Assembly: GCA_963719515.1 (NCBI GenBank)
Contig: CAVRCJ010000011.1
Span: 256,001-320,000, forward strand
Length of the DNA stretch: 64,000 bases
Source: an uncultured cyanobacterium
GTDB lineage: Bacteria; Cyanobacteriota; Cyanobacteriia; CAKZMO01
Reading direction: 5' to 3'
Within the stretch, counting starts at the first letter, position 1. Each line of letters opens with the position of its first letter. The notes under the pieces were generated by a model. The model was given only the letters and a program-made list of their open reading frames with translations. It was not told where the DNA came from and did not search any database. Shown here in pieces: positions 55,616-64,000 of the stretch. Position numbers and translations under genes: made by a program.

Positions 55616-56551
55616 CGGTAGGGGGTAGGCGATCGCTTGAGTCGTTGTAATCACGTTGCACTGTCAAGCTTCACTACTGGGATCACAAGTGTGGCGATCG
55701 CCGCTTTATGTGAGATAGGTGACTCTTTACATGAGGCGGCTGGCCTCTCAGGTGTGGCTGGCCTCGCTTTGTGTGTTGCTGCTGTCATTTCAATCGTGGG
55801 CGATCGCATGTCAGGTGTCATGGTTGATGCTTTGGGTGGCGCTGCTCTCATCTGGCGTCTCGTCGGACTCGCGTTTTGTGTCGTTGGTGAGGGTTTAGGT
55901 GTGGGCGATGTCTTCCAGGCGGACTTGAAGTATCGTTGGTCGCCGTTTGAGCGGCGTCTGTGATAGTTCAGACAGCAATTGCGATCGCCGTTGAATCATA
56001 GCGTTGCACCTTTACGTTATTTGAGGATAAGCACCTCGTGCTCAATACACCCGCAGGCAAGAACCGAAGTGTTGAGAAGGCGTAAAGGGCACGAAGCATG
56101 TGATCGCAGAGGCTATATGTGACGGCATTACCGCAATGCCTGTACTAATCAAGCGCACTGGCAAAAGCAATCGTGCTTTGATGGAGGGCACACTGTGAGG
56201 GCGATCACTCCGTAACAAAGTACACTTGCCTATCATTAATCTGACAGCGACAAAATAAGGGCAACTCCCATAGGGCTTCAAAATGTCCCCACCTGACACG
56301 GTCAGCACCCAATTCACCAGTACTTCTGATGATCAAACAGAGCTAGAAAATGGCAAAAGTGTATTTTTAAGTGAGATAACTGCCTTCCGTAAGAATAAGA
56401 TAGGCAAATTACGTGCCATAAATCACTGGTGGAACATCACCTTTACCGTAGCTGGCATTACTTTCACACTCTTAGTGACCGTGCTCGGCATCGTTGATAC
56501 AGATAACAATGCCACTTTAAAGAATTGGGTTAAACTTGGCATTGGTTTGTC

Positions 56552-58162
56552 GTAACCGTCCCTGGAGGATGGTTCTAAGCCGCCAGCGCAGGATTCACCA
56601 GTAGCGGCTTATCGTCAGGGCGAGGGTTGTCATCTGGAATCAGCGGCAGTAATGAAGGCGGTGCTAATCCTCCTCTTGCCGCCCGGCAAGCTTGTGTGAG
56701 GAACTCGAGCAGGCTACGCTGCTGCGCTTTTAACGAAGCACTCACCGTCAGCATCCTGGCCACGAACTCGCTACCCGCTTGCGACTGCGAGCCAAAGCTG
56801 GTGCGCCGCCAGATTACTGCTGGTCTCAATGCTCGCTCTGCTGCATTGTTGGTCGGCTCGACGCCAACGGTGGTGACAAAAGTCCACAAAGCAGGCTCCA
56901 CTTTGAGCAGCATGCGGCAGGTGCGCACGGTTTTGGCGAGCGGCGTCTTCTCGCCTTGGGCAATCGGCAGGGCCGCAGCAGCTTCTAGCTCCGCTTTGAA
57001 GCCTGCACGCAAGTGTCTGACATGGAGAGCAAACTGCTCTCTGGTGAGGGTGCCATCACGCACCCGATGCCACCAGCGGAACAAGCGCCGCTCTCGCCTC
57101 AGCAGCGCTTCGCCAATCTCCTTCGACGCGCCGCTGCGCTGGGCTATCGCCGTCAAGTCTCGTTTAAGATGTGCCCAGCACACCTGCCATTGGTCTAGTG
57201 CTAGCCACTGGTAGGCGCTGTAGCGGTCTGAGATAACGATGCCCTTGAAGTTCTCCCCGATGTGGGCTTTTGCTGTCCCCTTCGAGCGAGAGAGCGCTAT
57301 CTCGAAGATGCTCACTAGAGGAGTGGCCAACACCCACAGCCAGCCTTTGCTCTTCTGGGCATTCTGGCCATCCCGATTCCCCTGAGTGAAGCTGGTCTCG
57401 TCACTATTGACCACAGGCTGAGATTGCACATAGCGTTTTGCTTCGGTGACCGCCCCGCTTACCGCTGTACTCATCTCCTGGCGCATCCGCCCCACCCCAC
57501 CTCGCGATAGCCTAACGCCAAACAGTTCTTCCATCAGCGCGCATACTTGCCGGTGGCTCTGACGGTAGGGTCCGCTCAAGAGCCCGACGATAGCCGTTAG
57601 CCGCTCCCCATACCCCGATGCAGCCACCCCTTGCGGTAGCGCTGCCCTCGTCACACCCCCGCAGTGCTCGCAGCTGAGCTTGTGCAGTTGGTACTCCACT
57701 ACCTCTGGTAATACGGGCGGCACTTCTATCACCTGATGCCGCTCAGGGCGCTTCTCCTCTCCCCGAAGCCCTTCCCCGCAAAAACCACACACCTCCGGCT
57801 TCACCTGATGCACCGCGCTGCAAGCCTCTGGAGGATACAGCTTGCGCACTCGCCGAGCCGCTTTGGGCGTCCCCTCGCGCTTGGGCGCTCTGCCCTTCTT
57901 CTTTTCCTTTATTTGCTTGCCAAACCCATCCGAGGAGGGCGGCCTAGACGAATTCTGCGAGTTCTGCTTGATCTGCTCTTCCAATGCTGCCAATCGCTCA
58001 CTGAGTACCGTCACCAGCAGTCGCATACTGGCAGGGCTGGCCTCCCAGTCGCTTTTCGGAATCTTGACCCCGGCGATCTCAATGTCTTCACTCATGTCGC
58101 CAATTTACCTGAGTGCGATCCCGGCAATGCCTAAGCCTTCCTTAAATCTCTGGGACGGTTAC
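56552..58162 (-). mobile_element. IS66 family insertion sequence (single-ORF type), 1611 bp
   Basis: TIR GTAACCGTCCC / GGGACGGTTAC; 8-bp TSD GGTTTGTC at 56544-56551 and 58163-58170. Confidence 0.95.
56575..58095 (-). CDS. IS66 family transposase
   Basis: NSQNSSRPPSSD, CxxC zinc finger, SDETS, SDRYSAY, CWAHLKR, PTNNAAERALR. Confidence 0.95.
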   Translation of the reverse strand: MSEDIEIAGVKIPKSDWEASPASMRLLVTVLSERLAALEEQIKQNSQNSSRPPSSDGFGKQIKEKKKGRAPKREGTPKAARRVRKLYPPEACSAVHQVKPEVCGFCGEGLRGEEKRPERHQVIEVPPVLPEVVEYQLHKLSCEHCGGVTRAALPQGVAASGYGERLTAIVGLLSGPYRQSHRQVCALMEELFGVRLSRGGVGRMRQEMSTAVSGAVTEAKRYVQSQPVVNSDETSFTQGNRDGQNAQKSKGWLWVLATPLVSIFEIALSRSKGTAKAHIGENFKGIVISDRYSAYQWLALDQWQVCWAHLKRDLTAIAQRSGASKEIGEALLRRERRLFRWWHRVRDGTLTREQFALHVRHLRAGFKAELEAAAALPIAQGEKTPLAKTVRTCRMLLKVEPALWTFVTTVGVEPTNNAAERALRPAVIWRRTSFGSQSQAGSEFVARMLTVSASLKAQQRSLLEFLTQACRAARGGLAPPSLLPLIPDDNPRPDDKPLLVNPALAA

Positions 58163-58534
58163 GGTTTGTCAGGCGCTGCTGCAGTGGCATCACAGTCGGC
58201 AAATAGCGAGTTCCGCGTGCGTAACAAGGCCAGGGAATACACTAGGGTTGAGGCACAGGCATGGATTCTAGAGCACAAGGTTCGCCGTGCGAAGGCTGCT
58301 GCTGATCTTGAAGAGTGCCATGAAGAGTTCTATAGATTAGTAAATAACACAGCTAAAGCGGAAATAGCCTGTGATGAAGATGGAATCTCTTCATAAGTCA
58401 TGCATTCTTGAGAATCATTTAGAGAGATGTAGACTATTTTGAGCAACTTGAGTGAAAAGGCTTCTAATATCGGAACCTCTTATCTTTTTGTTAAGCCAAA
58501 CGATCGAGATTGACTTCAGGAGTCTACAGCTATC

Positions 58535-59893
58535 ATGAGTGATTTTGAGCCTAAAGAGAAGGCTTACGTGGCATTTCAGGGCGGCGGAGCATTGGGAGTA
58601 GCGCACTTTGGTGCTTGGCAAGCCATATCCGAAAATTTCGAGATTGTTGGTGTTGCAGGAACGTCATCTGGATCAATTGTTGCCGCCCTATGCGCTGCAG
58701 GCTTTTCTGCTGAAGAAGCATTTGAAAGATTTCAAATTGGGTTGCATGAATTTGTAGAGCATAAGAATCCAACTTGCTCAGCTCTCAACATTGCATTACG
58801 GATGCTGCTTGGTCTAGATTCTTCTAGCGACGGCCATAGATTTCAAAATTGGCTAGAGGATCAATTAGAGGATTCTCCATTAGGCAAGCGCAAAGTCAAA
58901 TTTAGAGAATTCAAAGATGAGTCGAAGCCTTATATTGAAATCATTGCCTGTGATTTGAACAATCCTAATGAGCCTGTAAAATTCTCGCCTTATAAAAGCG
59001 ACTGGAACACTCTGTCCGATGCTGTTCGAGCCTCCATCTCTCTACCCGGCTTTTTTGGCATTCAGCGGCTAGGAAATCGAGCGCTTATTGATGGCGGCTT
59101 TATATGCAACTTTCCTATGGAGTCAATTTACAAGCGGGCAGCTCAAGAGGACTGTGCACTTATAGGTGTGCGCTTTAAAAAAGAGAAACGCTCATCCAAT
59201 TGGTTTAACTTGCGGCATGTTTTTTCAAGAAGCTATGAAGTATTAATGGCCAATAGCAGCCAAGTATCGGAGGAGATTAGAAGCTATTCAAAGCATGCAA
59301 TTATTGAGATTGACGATTTAGGTTTTAATCCATTAGACTTTAACTTAAGTCAAAAAAAGACTTGCTGCCTAAAGTCGGTGGGCGAAGATGCCGCAAGAGA
59401 GCAATTGACCAAACTCCAAGACCGGCTTGACCATATAAAGCTTCAGTTGCTGGCCCAACTTTCTCCTGGCGAGCGTGCGGCTGTTATACAAGCGCAGCAG
59501 TGGTTCACGAATACTGCAATACCGGAACGCGAAAAATACTATACTGATATACTAAACTCTAATCAGCTCCACAGCTTACGGTTGACTGATCGAGATAAAG
59601 ATGATTTTGATTGGGAGATCAGGAAATATTTGATGCGAATATCTGAATCCTTGATCGACCTGAAAAGCCTTAATATTGTCGCGGAAGAATCTTCTTTACC
59701 TTCGCTTGAAACGATAGGCATTAGCATTAAGAATCATAAGACGATTTCGCCATCTATTCGCAGCCAGAAAATATATGATGTGGTATTTGATTCGATCAAA
59801 GAAGATATTCCTGACTATCTAGGTTTCAAAGACCATATTGTAGAGCGCTTAGAGTACTTACAAAGGGCAATCGGTAGATGCCTTAAACCTTGA
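58535..59893 (+). CDS. Patatin-like phospholipase with uncharacterised C-terminal domain
   Basis: FQGGGALG, GTSSG (GxSxG), VRASISLPGFF, IDGG; about 155 extra C-terminal residues; AT-rich. Confidence 0.9.
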   Translation: MSDFEPKEKAYVAFQGGGALGVAHFGAWQAISENFEIVGVAGTSSGSIVAALCAAGFSAEEAFERFQIGLHEFVEHKNPTCSALNIALRMLLGLDSSSDGHRFQNWLEDQLEDSPLGKRKVKFREFKDESKPYIEIIACDLNNPNEPVKFSPYKSDWNTLSDAVRASISLPGFFGIQRLGNRALIDGGFICNFPMESIYKRAAQEDCALIGVRFKKEKRSSNWFNLRHVFSRSYEVLMANSSQVSEEIRSYSKHAIIEIDDLGFNPLDFNLSQKKTCCLKSVGEDAAREQLTKLQDRLDHIKLQLLAQLSPGERAAVIQAQQWFTNTAIPEREKYYTDILNSNQLHSLRLTDRDKDDFDWEIRKYLMRISESLIDLKSLNIVAEESSLPSLETIGISIKNHKTISPSIRSQKIYDVVFDSIKEDIPDYLGFKDHIVERLEYLQRAIGRCLKP

Positions 59894-59901
59894 AGAAAAG
59901 C

Positions 59902-60150
59902 TTAGCTTGAGCTTAGGTCTTCAATTTTAACCTTTAGTGTGTGCAATTGACTAACCCGATGATAGAGAAGACTTCCTTTCCCCTCTTGCTCTAGCAAGTC
60001 AATATTGATACCCAAGCCTCGTAGATCATCCATTGTCTGCTCAACTGCCAAAAACAGTGCAGTCCTTAGCTCAGAAGGATCAACTTGCATAATTTCATCA
60101 TAGGATAGGTTACAGAGATGATGAATATCATTTGGAGACAGTCGTGCCAT
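59902..60150 (-). CDS. Hypothetical 82-aa protein convergent with patatin
   Basis: ATG-initiated ORF in AT-rich DNA with helical composition; no motif recognised. Confidence 0.55.
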   Translation of the reverse strand: MARLSPNDIHHLCNLSYDEIMQVDPSELRTALFLAVEQTMDDLRGLGINIDLLEQEGKGSLLYHRVSQLHTLKVKIEDLSSS

Positions 60151-60303
60151 AAGTACAAAGCAGTAGTTTCTTAACTACTGCTTTATTCGAGACCCGTGAC
60201 GCTAATCCGGAGCAATAGTTTTCCCGGAATATAAAAACAAGCTTCTCCTTCTCTTGAGCGAGCTATTTCTGATATTTTTCACGATCTGACTTGTGCTTTC
60301 CTA

Positions 60304-61506
60304 GTACTTAGCCACAGTGATTACGACGGGTCATGGTTTGGGTAGAGACGAGCCAGCTTGGTTCTGGCATCAAAAACCGAAAAGCGCCAATCAACGGTGG
60401 CCTTGGACTGGTTGCGTTGCTCCTCCCAAGCAGCGGTTTGCTCAGTCAGCTCCTCAATGGAAGGGATGCGGCGATTCAAGCACTGCCTTGAGAGGACCGA
60501 AAACTCCAGCTCGACCATGTTCAGCCAACTCCCATGCTTTGGGGTGTAGTGAAACTCGAGACGTTCGAGAATTCTCAAAGCCTCATCAGGCGCAAAACTT
60601 TTGTAGAGCGAAGCGGGGGAGTGGGTGTTGAGGTTGTCGAGCACAACATGCACCAGATGGGCTTCGGGAAAAAGAACGTCAACCAGATACTGCATGCACA
60701 TAGCGAAGTCGTAGCCAGTGCGCTGCTCGGTGACCTTGAGGTGACGCCAGCTCGCTAGCGGCTGAAAGAAGCCGAACAGATTGCAGGTGCCCTCGCGCTG
60801 GTATTCATAGTCGTAGCGTTGCGGGTGACCAGGCGCACATGGCAGCGGAGTGCGCGTTTCGCTAATCAGCTGGCAAGGACGCTCATCGAAGCAGACCACC
60901 GGCTCTATCGGGTCGTAGGGCCGAGCATAGAGCTCTAGGACATTCTCCATCCGCCAGATAAAGTCGGCTCCCACGCTCGGGAAACACCACTGCTCCTTCA
61001 GCCAAGGCTTGAGCTGGTTTGCTTTAAGGTCCGTCTGACCGTCTCATCTGAGATACTCTCGACCACCTGTATCTCCACCAGCCGGTCGGCCAAAAGTTGC
61101 ATGGTCCACTCATTGCGACCCTCGGGCGGCTCGCTGCAGGCCGTTGCCACCAGAAATGCCTCAGCTTTGCCATCGAGCTTGCGGCGGCCACCTGGCCTAG
61201 GACGCTCGCTCAGCGCGAAGTCAACCCCACCTTCAACAAACTTCTGACGAGTCCGATGCACTGTGGAGACGCTGCTGTGCAGCATCTGGGCGATCGTCTC
61301 ATCGGCTTGGTCTTCGTTGGCCAGCAGTAGAATCTGAGCTCGTTTCATCTTGCGGGCCGCAAGTTGACCACGGCGTGTCAGTTGCTCAAGTTCGTTTTGC
61401 TCTTCTGGTGTTAGCGCTACCTTGTATTTGTGGGCCATTGGACCGATAACTATGGGACAAAATGATTCTCCCATAGAGGCCTGTCATATCTTGTGTGGTG
61501 GAGTAC
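60304..61506 (-). mobile_element. IS630 family insertion sequence
   Basis: Ends TA|GTACTTAGCCACA... and ...TGTGGTGGAGTAC|TA (imperfect TIR, TA duplication). Confidence 0.9.
60321..61438 (-). CDS. IS630 transposase in two ORFs joined by a -1 frameshift (about 61020)
   Basis: OrfA HTH (RAQILLLA, PPEGRNEWT, SDETVRRTLK); OrfB DDE (CFDE, VLDNLNTH, TPKHGSWLNMVE). Confidence 0.88.
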
Positions 61507-61834
61507 TAGCCTCCGTATGTGGCCCTCAAGGTGCTCCTTTTGCAAAAATAGCCTCTTGTGTTCGCTCTGTAGATTTTAGACTGAGATTGACTGAAGCCGC
61601 TTTCTCAATTTCATAAGTATCTCTAAATAGGCTGCGCATACCATTCATAGTTTACTTGTGCTATTCGAACGATACGAACAGTTTTGATAATTTGCTGAAA
61701 TAAACTTTTGAGATTTCTCTTGCCTGCTTATGGAGTAGCTGAATTCTGAATTCAAAATCCTAGCTGAGGGCAAATCCCCCATAACTGAACGACATATTTA
61801 TTCTGATAAGCTCTAATGGGTATCAGAGCCTGTA

Positions 61835-62692
61835 GTGCTGAGCTCTAGAACCTCAAAAGTTACCAACCCCAACTCCCCAGTACAGCTGTGGAACCTGCTC
61901 AACGGCCAGCCCAGCCGTCCCATCGGCCACTGGAAGCTGGGCCGCTTCAGCCGCCTCGCCCTCAGCCCCGACGGCAAACTCCTCGCCATCGGCGGCACCG
62001 TCATCGAGCTGTGGAACCTGAAAACCGGAGAATGCCTAGGTGAACTCGGCAGCCTCTTCGGCCACCGCGACATGTCTGCCCTCGCCATTAGCCCCGACAA
62101 CACCATGCTGGCTAGCACCAGCCTCGGCGAAAGCCCCTTCAACCTGTTCGACTACAGCATTCGCCTCTGGGATCTGACGGGTCTAGGTTCTCCCCCTTGG
62201 CATTCGCGCAGCGTGTCCGAAGGACGTAGGGGAGCTAGAGGGGGTCCACTCCACACTCTCAAAAGCCACCCCGCCCGCGTCCGCGCGCTCACCTTCACCA
62301 CCGACGGCCAAACCCTGCTCAGCGCCAGCCAAGACGGCACCCTCAAATCCTGGAACCCCCAGACCGGAACCCCAAAAACCACCCTCAACCAGCCCGGTGT
62401 TCTCCGCGCTATGGCTCTCAGCCCCGACGGCCAAGTCGCCACAGGCCGCCCCGATTCCGCTACAGGCCCGTCGAATGGCCCTGTAAACGCCATAGCCTTT
62501 AGCCCAAACGGCCAATACCTCGCCACCGCCCAAGGCAGCACACTCACCGTCACCGACGCCGAAGGCAGCTCAACTTCCCTCACCGAGCACCGCGCCAAAA
62601 TTCGCGCGATCGCCTTCAGCTCCGACAGCCAACACCTTGCTAGCGGCGATGCCAGCGGCAATGTCCGGCTGTGGCGATTCGATCGCGAGTGA
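61835..62692 (+). CDS. WD40 repeat protein, probably N-terminally truncated
   Basis: Repeated ALSPDG..LAS...IRLWD units; begins mid-repeat at a GC discontinuity. Confidence 0.7.
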   Translation: MLSSRTSKVTNPNSPVQLWNLLNGQPSRPIGHWKLGRFSRLALSPDGKLLAIGGTVIELWNLKTGECLGELGSLFGHRDMSALAISPDNTMLASTSLGESPFNLFDYSIRLWDLTGLGSPPWHSRSVSEGRRGARGGPLHTLKSHPARVRALTFTTDGQTLLSASQDGTLKSWNPQTGTPKTTLNQPGVLRAMALSPDGQVATGRPDSATGPSNGPVNAIAFSPNGQYLATAQGSTLTVTDAEGSSTSLTEHRAKIRAIAFSSDSQHLASGDASGNVRLWRFDRE

Positions 62693-62784
62693 AGTCTTCC
62701 AGGTCCCGGCGTTACAGATAGGGAAAGCGGGGGCAAGCTTGTTAGCATTACAGGTAGAACAGCCGTTGCTGAAGAGGATTTGCT

Positions 62785-63069
62785 ATGACCCCACAACTTC
62801 AAGCCGCCATAACTGCCATCCAACCCCTGTCTCAAAAAGAGCGACAGCAGCTTCTGCAACTCCTCGTTCACGATGCAGCTCCCCAAGGTAATCTTGAAAT
62901 TCTCAATATGCAGTTTTGGCAGGGCTTCACGCTGGAGCAGTTGACGGCACAAAGCTCTCCTACCGCTATGAAAGACCTTGGAGATTTTGCTGTTGATTTT
63001 TGGCCTGAAGACGAATCTGTAGAAGACTTCCTTGCTTTTCTTCGACAGCAACGACAAGAGGCAGCTTAA
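62785..63069 (+). CDS. Putative antitoxin of type II TA pair
   Basis: 94-aa ORF with acidic FWPEDESVEDFLAFL tail directly upstream of a PIN gene. Confidence 0.7.
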   Translation: MTPQLQAAITAIQPLSQKERQQLLQLLVHDAAPQGNLEILNMQFWQGFTLEQLTAQSSPTAMKDLGDFAVDFWPEDESVEDFLAFLRQQRQEAA

Positions 63070-63075
63070 TCCGCC

Positions 63076-63477
63076 GTGGCCATAGTTCTTATTGATACCG
63101 ATGTTGCCTCCTTTCTCTTCAAAGGCAGCAATTACGCCGAGCCATACATCCCATTACTGGACGATAACAAGTTAGCGCTGTCGTTCATGAGCATTGCTGA
63201 GCTATTTCAGTGGGCGATGGTGCAGCAGTGGGGCGATCGCCGTCTTACCCAGCTAGAAGAATCTTTCGGTAATTACATCACCATCCCAGTTGATCACCTC
63301 CTTTGCAAAAGCTGGGCGCAGGTTCGCGCTAGTCGAAAACGGACTGGTCGGCCCATTTCTCCTCAAGATGCTTGGATAGCAGCAACAGCCCTACGCTATG
63401 ATCTGCCGCTGATTACCCATAATGCAAAAGATTCTATAGGTACTCTAAACCTACGGCTGATGGCCCCTGAGGCTTAA
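63076..63477 (+). CDS. vapC: VapC-like PIN domain toxin
   Basis: LIDTDVAS, SIAEL, DAWIAATAL, THNAKD. Confidence 0.88.
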   Translation: MAIVLIDTDVASFLFKGSNYAEPYIPLLDDNKLALSFMSIAELFQWAMVQQWGDRRLTQLEESFGNYITIPVDHLLCKSWAQVRASRKRTGRPISPQDAWIAATALRYDLPLITHNAKDSIGTLNLRLMAPEA

Positions 63478-63676
63478 AAGCGTTATCAACGTCTTGCATT
63501 GCGGCTCAGCTCTCCACGGTTGCGATCGCCCCTCAAATGCTGTAATCTCATCTCGGCGCTCGGACGCAAGCGCGCCCCGGTTGTGTTATCCCCACAGCCG
63601 AGACGCTAACCCCGCGCTCTGACATCGGCAGAAGCGAAGGCTACCGCCTAGTGTATGGCTTCCATGCACCTCCTTG

Positions 63677-63800
63677 TTGACGTACTCCCCGCCCTGAAGA
63701 GCGAGGATTCCGGGATACCGGCGTAGAATGCAGGCAAGCCTGTCTTACACCGTAGGGGCATGGCAGCGCCATGATACGTGTCTAACGTCCTGGAAGGCCC
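63677..63800 (-). mobile_element. Orphan IS200/IS605 right end (omegaRNA-like remnant)
   Basis: Minus strand GAATCCTCGCTCTTCAGGGCGGGGAGTACGTCAA. Confidence 0.65.
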
Positions 63801-63940
63801 CCATCCCTAACCCTTCCCCCGATTCCGAGGGAAGAGAACCAAACTCCCCTCTCCCAGCGTTGATACCACTGGCGAAATATTTCGTAATCGAGCTGTACGC
63901 CTTCGAGGCCCCCTAACCCCCAATTCTGGGGGAACCGGAG
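63797..63940. repeat. Cyanobacterial C/G-rich palindromic intergenic repeats
   Basis: CCCTAACCCTTCCCCC..GAGGGAAG..CCCCTCTCCC and CCCCCTAACCCCCAATTCTGGGGGAAC. Confidence 0.55.
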
Positions 63941-64000
63941 CAGTGGCCATACTATTCGCGGCTATTGACTTTAAGGAGTTCTAACCTCTCTGAAGTCCCC

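Larger units (their letters stand above)
56283..58396 (+). pseudogene. SLATT/DUF4231-like two-TM protein (164 aa reconstituted) interrupted by IS66
   Basis: 56283-56551 plus 58171-58396 join in frame after removing the IS and one TSD: ...WVKLGIGLS|GAAAVASQSANSEFRVRNKAREY... Confidence 0.75.

Noticed and set aside
55637..55963. 108-aa hydrophobic ORF after moxR (possible MoxR partner)
   Set aside because: TTG start, low-complexity composition, no VWA/DUF58 motifs; cannot be supported
57842..58396. 184-aa ORF
   Set aside because: Chimera of IS66 antisense sequence and the 3' half of the interrupted 2TM gene
58535..59893. Calling the island CBASS
   Set aside because: No CD-NTase, Cap2/Cap3 or SAVED gene is visible in the window
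62152..63057. 301-aa minus-strand ORF
   Set aside because: Antisense shadow of the WD40 and antitoxin genes

Overview
Chromosomal DNA from a cyanobacterium. The HIP1 octamer GCGATCGC is frequent, and the window has cyanobacterial Hfq, Ycf20, an MPBQ/MSBQ methyltransferase and a tRNA-Leu(UAA) group I intron. GC is moderately high; a filamentous Leptolyngbya/Nodosilinea-like host is an inference. Most of the window is housekeeping: the end of a taxis operon (MCP with a DXCIP-type cyanobacteriochrome GAF, hybrid CheA), selO, dusA, mrdA, potA-potD-potD, cry-DASH, pecS/pecM-ridA-nitroreductase, dapF/hfq, S9 peptidase, ferrochelatase-like, fbaB, aminotransferase, gatB, rnpB, tRNA-Val, mazG, tpiA, argH, purM, comB, a Crp-family regulator, glycerate kinase, ArnT-like GT and MoxR. 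Two accessory zones stand out. (1) 33.9-36.7 kb, after rnpB and around tRNA-Val: a decayed tnpB-only IS200/IS605 element plus two protein-free mini-elements (422 and 449 bp). Each keeps both ends, a -10 box and a conserved 198-bp omegaRNA-like scaffold. (2) 56-62 kb, an AT-rich island with no HIP1 seen: a SLATT/DUF4231-like 2TM gene split by an IS66 (8-bp TSD), a patatin phospholipase with an unrecognised C-terminal domain, an orphan 82-aa ORF, an IS630 and a WD40 fragment, followed by a VapBC-like pair. This is a candidate novel defence module. Single-base duplications frameshifting mrdA and cry-DASH look like assembly errors. All calls are by eye; no searches were run.
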